A stretch of 64,000 nucleotides of DNA from an uncultured Planctomycetota bacterium (GTDB lineage Bacteria > Planctomycetota > Planctomycetia > Isosphaerales > Isosphaeraceae): assembly GCA_963845755.1 (NCBI GenBank), contig CAWJTV010000033.1:128001-192000 (forward strand), read 5' to 3'. Under the pieces are notes generated by a model, which saw only the letters and a program-made list of their open reading frames with translations, had not been told where the DNA came from and did not search any database. The first letter of the stretch is position 1. Each line of letters starts with the position of its first letter. The position numbers were made by a program, and so were the translations under genes. Positions 41,368 to 51,490 of the stretch are shown here, in pieces.

Positions 41368-42417
41368 ATGACCGCCATTCGAATCGCGACGGTCCTGGCC
41401 GCGCTGGGAACACCGGCGATCTTCGCCCCGCTGCTGGCCCGGGCTCGGAGCCGCATCCCCGTACCGGTCTGGCGTCTCCTCGCAGTCGTGATTTGCGTCG
41501 TTCCTCTGTTCGCATTCTGGACACTGCTGGGGATCGCACGTCCACTCCCCGTGTGTCTGGTCACGATCCTGGGGGGTATCGTGATGATCAAGGCCATCGA
41601 CTGGTTGAGCAACCCGCGACAGCAGGACGACCTCCTCCGCGTCTGGCTGGCCCTCACATTCTGGCCGGCCCTTCAGATCGAAGACGTCGCGGTGCCGATC
41701 CAGGGGAGACGCCTGCGCATCGGCCTGATGCGGCATCGCGTGACGACTGGAACGCTCCGAGTCGCGTTGGGCCTGGCCCTGGCCGCCACCGGTCAATCAC
41801 TCGATGTGGCCCGGTATGGCTTCTGGTTCGATGGCGCGCTCAAGGCCATGGAAATCTACCTGCTGGGCGGCGGGCTCAACGATTTACTCGTCGCGACACT
41901 CAACCTCGCTGGATTCCGTGGAACCGACGCGTTCCGCTATCCGATCCTGGCCCACTCGATCCTCGACTTCTGGAGCCGTTACAACGTCTGGATCCATCGA
42001 TGGCTGAAGAAGCACATCTTTGATCCGATCGGGAGGCAAAGGCGGAGGCCGGCCCTGGGAATCCTCGCGGTTTTCGCGGTCAGCGGAGTGCTGCATGAGT
42101 ATGTCATTGTCCCGGTTGCACCCGACCTGATCGGCTGGCAGTTCGCGTTCTTCAGTCTACACGGGCTGGGCGCACTCGGAGGGGAGTGGCTGGGCCGCCG
42201 GTATCGGTCGCTCGCCGGCCGACGCGTGCCACGACCTCTGGCGATCGCGGCGACGCTCGCCTTCGTCCTGGCGACCGCGCCCATCTTCATCCATTGCCTG
42301 GACCGCGTCGGTGACTTGCACCGCGACCTCGGTGCGCTCGTCCTGAAAGGGGTCCAGCAGAGCCGATCGTCGCCGGGCCCGATTCTGCCGAGATCGCGAG
42401 TCACGGCCAGTGACTGA
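41368..42417 (+). CDS. MBOAT (wax synthase-like) membrane-bound O-acyltransferase
   Basis: Multi-TM; FRYPILAHSILDFWSRYNVWIHRWLK and FAVSGVLHEY. Confidence 0.85.
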   Translation: MTAIRIATVLAALGTPAIFAPLLARARSRIPVPVWRLLAVVICVVPLFAFWTLLGIARPLPVCLVTILGGIVMIKAIDWLSNPRQQDDLLRVWLALTFWPALQIEDVAVPIQGRRLRIGLMRHRVTTGTLRVALGLALAATGQSLDVARYGFWFDGALKAMEIYLLGGGLNDLLVATLNLAGFRGTDAFRYPILAHSILDFWSRYNVWIHRWLKKHIFDPIGRQRRRPALGILAVFAVSGVLHEYVIVPVAPDLIGWQFAFFSLHGLGALGGEWLGRRYRSLAGRRVPRPLAIAATLAFVLATAPIFIHCLDRVGDLHRDLGALVLKGVQQSRSSPGPILPRSRVTASD

Positions 42418-42554
42418 CCCTGAGTCCAAGAGGAAGCCGTCAGCCGTGGCCTCCGGCCGACGCCGATCATGCCGCGTGAGTCCATCTCCATGGAAGTCGA
42501 GCGGCGCGTACGGCAGGCGGCCCGTCGCCGTTGTGTGGACCGGCCAGCGGGGTG

Positions 42555-45464
42555 TCACGCCCGGAGATGTGCCTTCAGGAACGAACCGGTGTGTGACACC
42601 TTGCACGCGGCGACCTCCTCCGGCGTGCCCGTCACCACGACCTCACCGCCCGCGTGACCGCCCTCCGGCCCCAGGTCGATCACGTGGTCGGCCGTCTTGA
42701 TCACGTCCAGGTGGTGCTCGATCAAGAGCACCGTGTGCCCGGCGTCCACCAGCCGATTCAAGGACTCGAGTAGCCGCTGCACGTCGGCCAGGTGCAGGCC
42801 CGTCGTGGGCTCATCGAGGATGTATACCGTGTGCTTCGATCGCTGGAGCTTGCTCAGCTCGGTGGCGATCTTGATCCGCTGCGCCTCGCCCCCGGAGAGC
42901 GTCGTCGCCGACTGGCCCAGGGTCAGGTAGCCGAGCCCGAGGACATTCAGCACCTCGATCTTCTTGCCCACGACCGGTTCACCGGCGAAGAAGACTGCTC
43001 CTTCCTCGACCGACATGTTCAGCACGTCATCGATGGTCTTGCCGCGTAGCATGACCTCCAGGGTCTCGCCGTTGAACCGCGCCCCCTTGCATGCGCCGCA
43101 GGTCACCTCCACGTCGGGCATGAAGTAGAGCTGCGTGGTGATCACCCCCTCTCCCTGGCACTCCTCGCACCGGCCGCCCTTGACGTTGAAGCTGAACCGC
43201 CCCGCCTTGTAGCCGCGTTCGACCGACAGCGGCGCCCTGGTGAAGAGGTCGCGGATTGCGTCGTAGAAGCCGATGTAGGTGGCCGGGTTCGACCGACTGT
43301 TCCGTCCGATCGGCGATTGATCGATGTTCACCACCTTGTGCACGTGCTCGAGACCGTCTACACCATCGTGCTCGCCGGGCAAGGTACGTGTATCCACAAG
43401 CCGCTTCCAGAGCGCCTTGTAGAGGACCTCATTGACCAGAGTGCTCTTCCCCGAGCCGGAGGCGCCGGTGACCGCCACCAGCTTGCCCAGGGGGAACGTC
43501 ACATCAGCCGCCTTGAGGTTATTCTCCCGGGCGCCGCGCACGGTCAGCGACTTGCCGTTGCCCTTTCGGCGGTGTTTCGGCGTGGAGATCGAGTCGCTTC
43601 CCCGAGAGGAACTGACCGGTCGGCGACGCCTTGCACGCGAGCACGTCCTCGATCGTCCCCTGCACGACGACCGTGCCGCCGTGGACCCCCGGCCCGGGAC
43701 CCATCTCGACCAGATGGTCGGCGGCGCGGATCGTGTCCTCGTCGTGCTCCACCACGATGACCGTGTTCCCGATGTCGCGCAGGCTCTCCAGCGTGGCGAT
43801 CATCTTCACATTGTCCTTCGGGTGCAGGCCGATGCTCGGCTCGTCGAGCACGTAGAGCATCCCCATCAGGCCGGAGCCGATCTGTGTGGACAGGCGGATC
43901 CGTTGCGACTCGCCGCCGGAGAGCGTGCCGGAGCGCCGGTTGAGGTTCAGGTAGTCCAATCCGATGCCCAGGAGCACCTCGAGCCGGCCGCGGAGCTCCT
44001 TGAGCACCTGCCGGCCGGCGTCGGCGCCGCGGCCGGTCGGTTTGACCGTGCCCAGGAACGCGTGGAGCTCGTCGAAGTTGAGCTGGCCGAGCTCGTGGAT
44101 GGTCTTGCCCGCGATGGTAAAGCAGAGCCGGGTGGCCCTGACCCGCGCGCCGTTGCAGTCGGGGCAGGTGTGCTCGACCATCACGTTGTCGAGCCAGGCC
44201 TCCATCCCCGAGTTCACCTCGCCCTTCTGCCGGTAGCGACGGTATCGCCGCTCGATCCGCCGGGCGATCCCGCCGAAGCCGACCTCCTTGCCCTCCCAGT
44301 CATCCCGACTCCCTTTCGCCTCCGGGGGCGAAGCGAGCTTGATCTTCTGATCGATCCCGTTGAGGATCGCCTGGCGCACCGGCTCGGGAAGGCTCTCCCA
44401 CGATGTATCGACGGAGAAATGGAGCGCCTTCGCCAGGCTGAACATGACCCGTCCGTCCCAGGTATCCGGGTTGTACTTGAACGCCTCGCGCACGAAACAA
44501 CCGCCGCGGATGCTCCGCCCCGGATCGGGGACCAGGAGCTCCGGGTGCGTCAGCTTGTCGACTCCCAGGCCGCCGCAGGTCCGGCACGCGCTCTCCGGGT
44601 TGTTGAACATGAAGTACTCGGGCTGGATGTCCCCGTAGACGAAGTGGTGCGTCGCGCTGCAGAGTTCCCGGTAGAACCGCTCGCACTCCGCCTTGCTCGC
44701 GCCCTTGACGATCTGCGCCTGGAGAATTCCGTCACCCACCAGCAGAGTCGCGGCGATCGCGGCCTTGATTGCCTTCTCGTGCTTCCGGCCGACCACCAGC
44801 CGGTCCACCACCGCGTCCATGTGCCGGACCTTCGATCCGTCGAGCTCGACCGGCTCGGAGAGATCCACCGGCTTGCCGTCGACGATCAGCCGCCGACACC
44901 CCTTCTTCCGAACCTCGGTCAGGACGAAGTCGAGCTCCTCGCCGTACACCGCGAACACCGGCGCGCGCAGCTCGATCTCCGTCCCGTCCGGGAGCGACAG
45001 GACGGCTTCCAGGATCCGGCTCGCCGTCCGGCTGGGTGTCGGCTCGCCGGTGCGCGGGCAGCGCGGCTCACCGATGGTCGCGAACAGCAGGTTCAGATAG
45101 CTGGCGATATCGGTCATGGTGGCGACGGTCGATCGCGGGTTGCTGGCGAGGGTCTTCTGCTCGATGGAGATCACCGGGGACAGGCCGAAGACGAAGTCGA
45201 CGTCCGGCTTGGCGACCTGGGCGATGAACCGCTTCGCGAAGCTGGACAGCGACTCCATGTACCGCCGCTGCCCCTCGGCGTAGATGGTGTCGAATGCCAG
45301 GCTCGACTTACCCGAACCCGAGAGCCCGGTGACGACGATGAGCTTGTCGCGCGGGATCTCGACCGAGATGTTCTTGAGGTTGTGGACGCGCGCACCCTGG
45401 ACGGCGATGGTCGTGCGCGCGGGGTCCGGGATGCGCTTCGCCTGGCGGTCGACCTAGAAGCCAT
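42555..45464 (-). CDS. uvrA: Excinuclease ABC subunit A paralogue, frameshifted near 45440 and 43590
   Basis: [52 protein letters not shown], second [19 protein letters not shown] and [10 protein letters not shown]. Confidence 0.93.
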
Positions 45465-46389
45465 CCGGTCTGCCCTCGAGGTGAAAGAAGGCTAACTCCT
45501 GCACTTCGATGTTGCTCCTCCTGGTGAGCTGCACCGGCACGGAGGCCTTGCCGATGAGGCCCTGGTCGGCCAGATACTCGCACGCCCCGGTGACGCCGCC
45601 GAAGTCGAGGTTTCGCCGGAAGTGGTCTTCGAGCTCGGTGCATGACCGCGCCTCGCCGACCTCTCGGAGGTGTTCGATCACCGGCCCGAACAAGGTCGTT
45701 GCGCGCTCGGCCAGGTAGCGGTCGACCGACGCCAGCGCCTCCTGGACATTCTTTCGCGTCTTCTTGCTATTGAGGAGGTCGGCGTAGACCGTCTTGAAGA
45801 ACGCCGGGTTCAGCTTCATCGCCTGGGGGATCACTTCTCGGTCGGCGAGAAGCCTCCGGCCGATGACCTCGATCTGCGCCAGCGGCGTCGCGGCATAGAG
45901 GATCCACAGCGCCGTGTATTCCAGGTCGCCGCGGATGAGGAGCCACTTGTGAGCCTTGTAGATCGGCCCCAGTGCGTGGGTCGCCGCGCGCAGGAGCTGG
46001 ACCTGCGTGTCGCGCTCGCCGATCTCGCGCATCTGAGCGCAGAGCTCGGTGATCGTCTCATCATGAGTGAAGAGGAGCCGCCCCTTGGCCAGGAGCGAAT
46101 GCATGAATGAGTTGCGAATCGACCCTTCCGCCGTCTTGCGGAACTCCGCGCGTGGGACGAGGAGGGCGTGGACGTTCAGCCCGTCCGCATCGAGCGCCAG
46201 GTCTCCGGCCTGCACCTTCTTGTCGTCGATCGTCACCAGCACCAGATCGATGTCGGACTTGGCCCATACCTTGTCGTGCGACAGGCTGCCACAGAGGATG
46301 GCCGCCAGGACGGAACGGTCTTTCTTCACCTGCTCGAGGAGCGCCTCGAGCGCCTCCCTGAACCTTTCCTCGATCGGCTCCTGCCTCAT
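45454..46389 (-). CDS. Pol-beta superfamily nucleotidyltransferase with helical and winged-helix domains (YgxA-like architecture)
   Basis: ILCGSLSH...SDIDLVLV (hGS..DxD) motif; helical middle; C-terminal wHTH-like ...[12 protein letters not shown]. Overlaps the uvrA start by 11 nt. Confidence 0.7.
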   Translation of the reverse strand: MRQEPIEERFREALEALLEQVKKDRSVLAAILCGSLSHDKVWAKSDIDLVLVTIDDKKVQAGDLALDADGLNVHALLVPRAEFRKTAEGSIRNSFMHSLLAKGRLLFTHDETITELCAQMREIGERDTQVQLLRAATHALGPIYKAHKWLLIRGDLEYTALWILYAATPLAQIEVIGRRLLADREVIPQAMKLNPAFFKTVYADLLNSKKTRKNVQEALASVDRYLAERATTLFGPVIEHLREVGEARSCTELEDHFRRNLDFGGVTGACEYLADQGLIGKASVPVQLTRRSNIEVQELAFFHLEGRPDGF

Positions 46390-46676
46390 GCCCCACCGCC
46401 GCCGCTATTGGTATCCACAACCTGTACGCTTCCGTACGTACTCCTCTCGCCCATTACTCTATCAAGGTAGCCGGCCTTAGGCGAGGGAAGCTTCGGTCGC
46501 GGCGAATTCTTTGCTCCGGGTTCACGATTTCGTGTAACCGGAAGGCGGGATTGACGCTCTTTTACATTGTGAGAGTAGGTGCGCATCGGCCGCAGAGCCC
46601 AGGTGATAGCCCGTGGGCACGGTTCACGATTCATCGGTCGGACGACCAATCTCCTACACCTGCTGAGACACTACCA

Positions 46677-47529
46677 ATGTTCCAAGCACTCAAGAAGATC
46701 ATGCGTCGGGTGGGGTTCGATAGCCTGGAACGTCGGAAACGTCGCTACGCGCCATCCCTCGCCGTGTCCGCGGATTGTCTCGAAAACCGGCAACTTCTGT
46801 TCGACGGGGCTCGGGAAGGAGCACGTCGCCCCGACCGCGGCGGCCCCGAGACCCGAGGTCCGTTCGCCGCTCAGGAGCAACTCCAGTCCGTCCGCCGCGG
46901 AGTTGCTGGTCATATCGCAATACGAGTCGATCCTGTTCCGCGCACCCACGGCCAGCGAGCTGAATGGCTGGGCAGGGGAGCTGAGCACCGGGTCGATCAG
47001 CAAGGCCCATCTTCGCAGCTCCCTCCTCGAATCCCCCGAGCGGCAGCAGTTGCTCATGAACGCGGGTGTCGACCTCTTTGGATCCTCGGCTTCGTTCGTG
47101 GGCTCCCTCTACGCGAACATCCTGCACGAAACGCCGACCGTGGCTGGCATCAATCAATGGGTTCACAAAGTCGGTACGGGCTTGAAACGAGAAGGTGTGG
47201 CTCAGGTTTTCATCACCGCGGCCCGGGCTCGCGGGATCAGGATCGGGAACTCGGCGTTCCCCCCGACAACCCCGGTCACGACGGACGTGCCGACCCCGAC
47301 CCCGACCCCCATTCCGGTCTCACCGACGCCGACGCCCATTCCCACGCCGACGCCGGCGCCGCCGGCGCCACCGCCCATTCTGAGTCCGACCCCGACACCC
47401 ACGCCGACTCCGACTCCGACTCCGACACCCACGCCGACACCGACACCCACGCCGACTCCGACACCCACACCGACTCCAACGCCCACGCCGACTCCAACGC
47501 CCACGCCGACTCCGACTCCGCCATATTAG
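46677..47529 (+). CDS. Exported protein with LExR N-terminal motif, DUF4214-like helical repeats and a Pro-Thr tail; frameshifted near 46800
   Basis: [40 protein letters not shown] and [22 protein letters not shown]; (PT)n C-terminus. Confidence 0.7.
47290..47522 (+). repeat. Degenerate hexamer tandem repeat (ccgact/ccgaca/cccacg) encoding a Pro-Thr linker
   Basis: Visible CCN-ACN repeats; coding low complexity. Confidence 0.9.
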
Positions 47530-47644
47530 AAACGCGGAGTCGGTAACAATGTCAGTCAAGGAGAGCGTAAATCGCTAATTATTGCGGCGAGATGCACGCT
47601 CTCGTGATGCGTCAAACTTGAAAGCGCGGCTCCCGAGCCGCATC

Positions 47645-49673
47645 CTATCCCAGGGCCTCCGGGATCAATCGCTCGGCAGGCCGATCGGCGCCATCCGACG
47701 AGATCATCGGGTGTGGGGGAGCGGATTGGGCTCCTTCCCGTCCGGGTCGTGCGATCAACATCGGCACATCCAGGCCATGGCGGACGCGGTCGACCGTCTG
47801 ACCCAGGAGCAGGTCGCGGACCAAGCCATGGCCGTGCGAGCCGACCACGAGCAGGTTGACCGGGTCGCGGCGCAAATGCGCGACCAGCTCGCCGGCCGGG
47901 TCGGGACCGTAGAGCAAGACTGACCGCGCCGAATAGCCTCGATCGCGCAAGGCGTCCACCAGATCGGACAGGTAACGCTCGTCGGCGGAGGTCTCGCGGT
48001 CCGCCGTCTCGGGGCCCAGGACGCGAGCCATCGCCGTGTCCACGACATGGAGCAGGATCAGCTCGGCCGGGGTGCTCTGGCTCTGGGCCAGGCCCAGCGC
48101 GCGGTTGAGGATCTCCGCGTCGGCCTGGTTATGTTCCAGAGCCACACCGATGCGGGCCAGGGCGCGGGGTCGCAGCGCGGCCATCCAGTCGAGCTTGACG
48201 GCGGCCTGTGGCAGCCATGCGGGCGATGGCCGCACGACCGGCTTGATCGTGACCCAGAGGAGCAATACCCCCACGACGGCCGTCAGGCCGTACAATCCCC
48301 ACGCGACCAGCCAGCTCAACGGGATCGGGCCCATTCGGGTCGCGCTCACCGGCCGCCAGGTTGACCCACTCACCGACCTGATCCAGTACGAGTTTGCCAT
48401 TGAGCGCGACGATGATCGCGGCCGTCGTCCAGGCCAGGATCTGTCCCCACCACGGCGTGGCGAAGACCCCCATGTTCTTCCGGTTCGAGGTGAAGTGAAT
48501 CAGCGGGATCACGGCGAACGAAAGTTGCAAGCTCAGGATCACCTGGCTCAGGATGATCAGACCTTGCGTCGACTGCTCGCCGGTCATCGAGATGACCAGG
48601 ACCGCCGGAATCAGGGCCAGCAACCGCGTGATCAGCCGACGAAGCCAGGGAGCCATCCGCAGGTGCAGGTAGCCCTCCATGACGATCTGGCCGGCGAGCG
48701 TGCCGGTCAGCGTCGAGCTCTGGCCGGCGCACAAGAGGGCGACGCCGAACAAGATCGGTGCGACCGGACCCAGAAAGCGCGGGAGCAGCTCGTGAGCCTT
48801 CTCGATGCTGGCGACTTCCTGGACGTTGTGGAACGCCGCGGCACTGACGATCAGGATCGCGGCGTTCACGAAGAAGGCCGCATTCAGTGCGATCGCCGAG
48901 TCGATCAAGTAGTACCGGCAGGCGACCGCCTTGCTCTTCCGGTCGGAACCGATCCGGCGCGTCTGCACCAAGGCGGAGTGCAAGTACAGGTTATGGGGCA
49001 TCACCGTCGCGCCCAGGATCCCGATGGCCACATACAAGGCTCCCGGCGGCAAGGTGGGCCGCAGCCCCGAGACGACGCCCGCGAAATCCGGACGGGCCAG
49101 GACGATCTGGATCAGGAAACAGGCCCCGATCGTCGCCACCAGGGCCAGGATCACGGCCTCCACCTGTCGCATCCCCCAGCGCTGCAAATACAGCAGCAGG
49201 AACGTGTCGAACGCAGTGATCAGACATCCCCAGAGCAACGGCAGGTGGAAGAGCAACTTCAGAGCAATGATCGTCCCCAGGATCTCGGCCAGATCGGTCG
49301 CCGCGATGGCGACCTCGGCCAGGACCCAGAGGATCGCGTTGATCGCCGGCGAATACTCGGCGCGGCACGCCTGGGCCAGGTCATGACCGGTCACGACCCC
49401 CAGCCGGGCGGCCAGGGTCTGCAACAGGATAGCCATCACGTTCGACATCAGCAGGACCCAGATCAGCGCATAGCCGAACTGCGCACCGCCAGCCAGGTCC
49501 GTCGCCCAATTCCCCGGGTCCATGTAACCAACACTGACCAGGTAGGCCGGTCCCAGAAACGCCAGGAATTGCCTGATCCGCGGGCTCGTCCCACGCACCG
49601 ACGGCACCGCGATCGAACCGTGCACCTCCTCCAGCGACCGCCGCTCCGGGGAGGTTTCCTCAACCATCGCCAT
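47645..49673 (-). CDS. mntH: Nramp divalent metal (Mn2+) transporter fused to a universal stress protein domain; frameshifted near 48345
   Basis: SVGYMDPGNWATD, GATVMPHNLYLHS and TGTLAGQIVMEG; C-terminal USP LLVVGSHGH...LLGQTVDRVRH. Confidence 0.92.
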
Positions 49674-49853
49674 CGATCCGCCTCGTCATTCCTTCCAGAT
49701 ACCCGATTTGATCCCGGCTCCCCGTGACCGACGCCTTCCTGCTTTTATTAGCTTGCCGCGGACGTCGCTTCGGCTTGATCCCACGGTTGGCCCTTTCCCT
49801 TATAACCAATCTTTCGGTTTCCTCCAAGACCTTCTTTCAGATAGAAAAAAGAA

Positions 49854-49872
49854 TTTTTGGGTAAGCCAAAAA
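49854..49872. promoter_or_regulatory. Candidate MntR/DtxR-family operator upstream of mntH
   Basis: Perfect TTTTTGG-gtaag-CCAAAAA palindrome in an AT-rich island about 180 bp upstream of mntH. Confidence 0.55.
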
Positions 49873-50025
49873 CGTAAGAGGTTCTTTGCATTCATGGCCC
49901 TCGTACCGTGAACGGGAGCACTGGCAGACGGGACAGGGTCAGTTTGCATGATGACGGAGGGTATAATGTGGGAGTGGGAGAGGAACGGGATCAGGCGGGA
50001 ACTCGTCGAGGGGAGGGGACTACTG

Positions 50026-50487
50026 ATGCGCCACTTCTTAGCCATCGTGAGCTGGCCTGCATTGGTGATGGCTGTTGTGATCGGCCTGGGGGTGTCAACA
50101 CGAGAGGCGCGAGCTCAGGGCCCGGCAGGAAGCGCCTACATGAACTCATACCGGGTGAGCAGTTACTACATCGCCCCTGGCTGGTATGGGACGAGCTACG
50201 GCTTCGCTAGCTATGGGATGCCACAGACCTACTCGGTGTACTCGGCCTACCCAGGTCCCTCTTACGGCTCGAACTTCCCACCGTATGGACTGCTCCCCGG
50301 ACGCTACGGGGTCGGCCTGTGGCGGCCGGGGTATGTCGCCCCTGGATACGTCTACGGTGCGTCGTACTACCCATCATCGGCGTTCGCCTATCGGACGTTC
50401 CCTCTCCAGTACGGGGCGCCTGGGGGCGCACTCGCCGCACCCCCATCGATCGGAGTCTATGCGCCGGCGCAGGGCCCAGGTTGGTAA
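50026..50487 (+). CDS. Secreted Tyr/Gly/Pro-rich low-complexity protein
   Basis: GGAGGG RBS, signal peptide ending ARAQ, YG/YxP-rich mature part. Confidence 0.7.
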   Translation: MRHFLAIVSWPALVMAVVIGLGVSTREARAQGPAGSAYMNSYRVSSYYIAPGWYGTSYGFASYGMPQTYSVYSAYPGPSYGSNFPPYGLLPGRYGVGLWRPGYVAPGYVYGASYYPSSAFAYRTFPLQYGAPGGALAAPPSIGVYAPAQGPGW

Positions 50488-50837
50488 GTGCCCGGTCAGA
50501 AGGGTCTGGCGTCGAGTGGTCGTGAGCCCAGAAGCATGGATGTATCTAGTGGTTCTGGCATCCCTGTTTCCGGTCGTTGTCTCACGGAACGATCATGGCG
50601 ACAGGCGTATCACGACTTCCCCCCTGGGTTCGTAAGGGGCACCAGGGAAAAACCAGGTACGTAGACTGCACCTCGAGTGCGACGACCTACCTATGAAATG
50701 CGCTCTGAGGTTCAAGGTCGCTGGATGACGCTCCATGCATGATGCCGTCAAGGCTCTCCGAGAGGTTAACAACGCCCCCAGTCATCCCGATTCCCATTTT
50801 CCGGTCCCGGTTTCTGACGGGCGCGCGGATAAAGGGT

Positions 50838-51476
50838 ATGGGATGCTTCATCGAGAAATTGCCTGACGATTCGAACGACCAGATCAAGCCGCTCCGCGGC
50901 GGCGACGGCCAGGCGCTGGCAACGCTCTCCGAACAGCATCGGCAGCGTCTCCGGCGCATGGTGGAGCCGCGGCTGGACCCGCGACTGCGAGCCCGATTCG
51001 ACGCCTCGGATGTCGTCCAGGAGTCGTTCCTCGACGTCGCCCAGGACCTCGACGCCTACCTGGCCGACCCGAAGCTCCCTCCGCTGCTCTGGCTGCGTCT
51101 GCACGTCGGCCGCCGGTTGACGACGTTGCATCGCCAGCACCTGGGCACCCGGATGCGGGACCCAGGAGTGGAGATCTCGCTTTATCAGGACGCTCTGCCC
51201 CAGGCCAGGGCTGCCGCGCTGGCCTCGATGCTGCTGGGTCAACTCACCTCGCCGATCCAGGCGGCGGAGCACGCGGAGCCGGTGCTGCGCGTCCAGGCGG
51301 CCCTGAACAGTCTCGACTCCATTGACCGCGAGGCGCTCGCGCTGAGACATTTCGAGCAGCTCAGCCGTGCCGAGGCGGCCCAGGTGCTCGGGATCAGTCA
51401 GGATGCGGGAGCGAAGCGGTATTTCCGCGCCCTGAAGCGGCTCAAAGCCCTACTGTTGACCATGCAAGGTGAATAG
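50838..51476 (+). CDS. ECF sigma-70 factor (planctomycete, kinase-associated type); start uncertain (50838 or 50859)
   Basis: RLDPRLRARFDASDVVQE and REALALRHFEQLSRAEAAQVLGI...KRYFRALKRLK. Confidence 0.9.
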   Translation: MGCFIEKLPDDSNDQIKPLRGGDGQALATLSEQHRQRLRRMVEPRLDPRLRARFDASDVVQESFLDVAQDLDAYLADPKLPPLLWLRLHVGRRLTTLHRQHLGTRMRDPGVEISLYQDALPQARAAALASMLLGQLTSPIQAAEHAEPVLRVQAALNSLDSIDREALALRHFEQLSRAEAAQVLGISQDAGAKRYFRALKRLKALLLTMQGE

Positions 51477-51490
51477 GAAGGCGCCTGACG

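Noticed and set aside
47290..47522. Possible CRISPR or non-coding repeat array
   Set aside because: Degenerate 6-bp coding repeat with third-position variation and no spacers.
50600..50650. tRNA-like 3' end (gggttcgtaaggggcacca)
   Set aside because: No cloverleaf, D-arm or acceptor-stem pairing.
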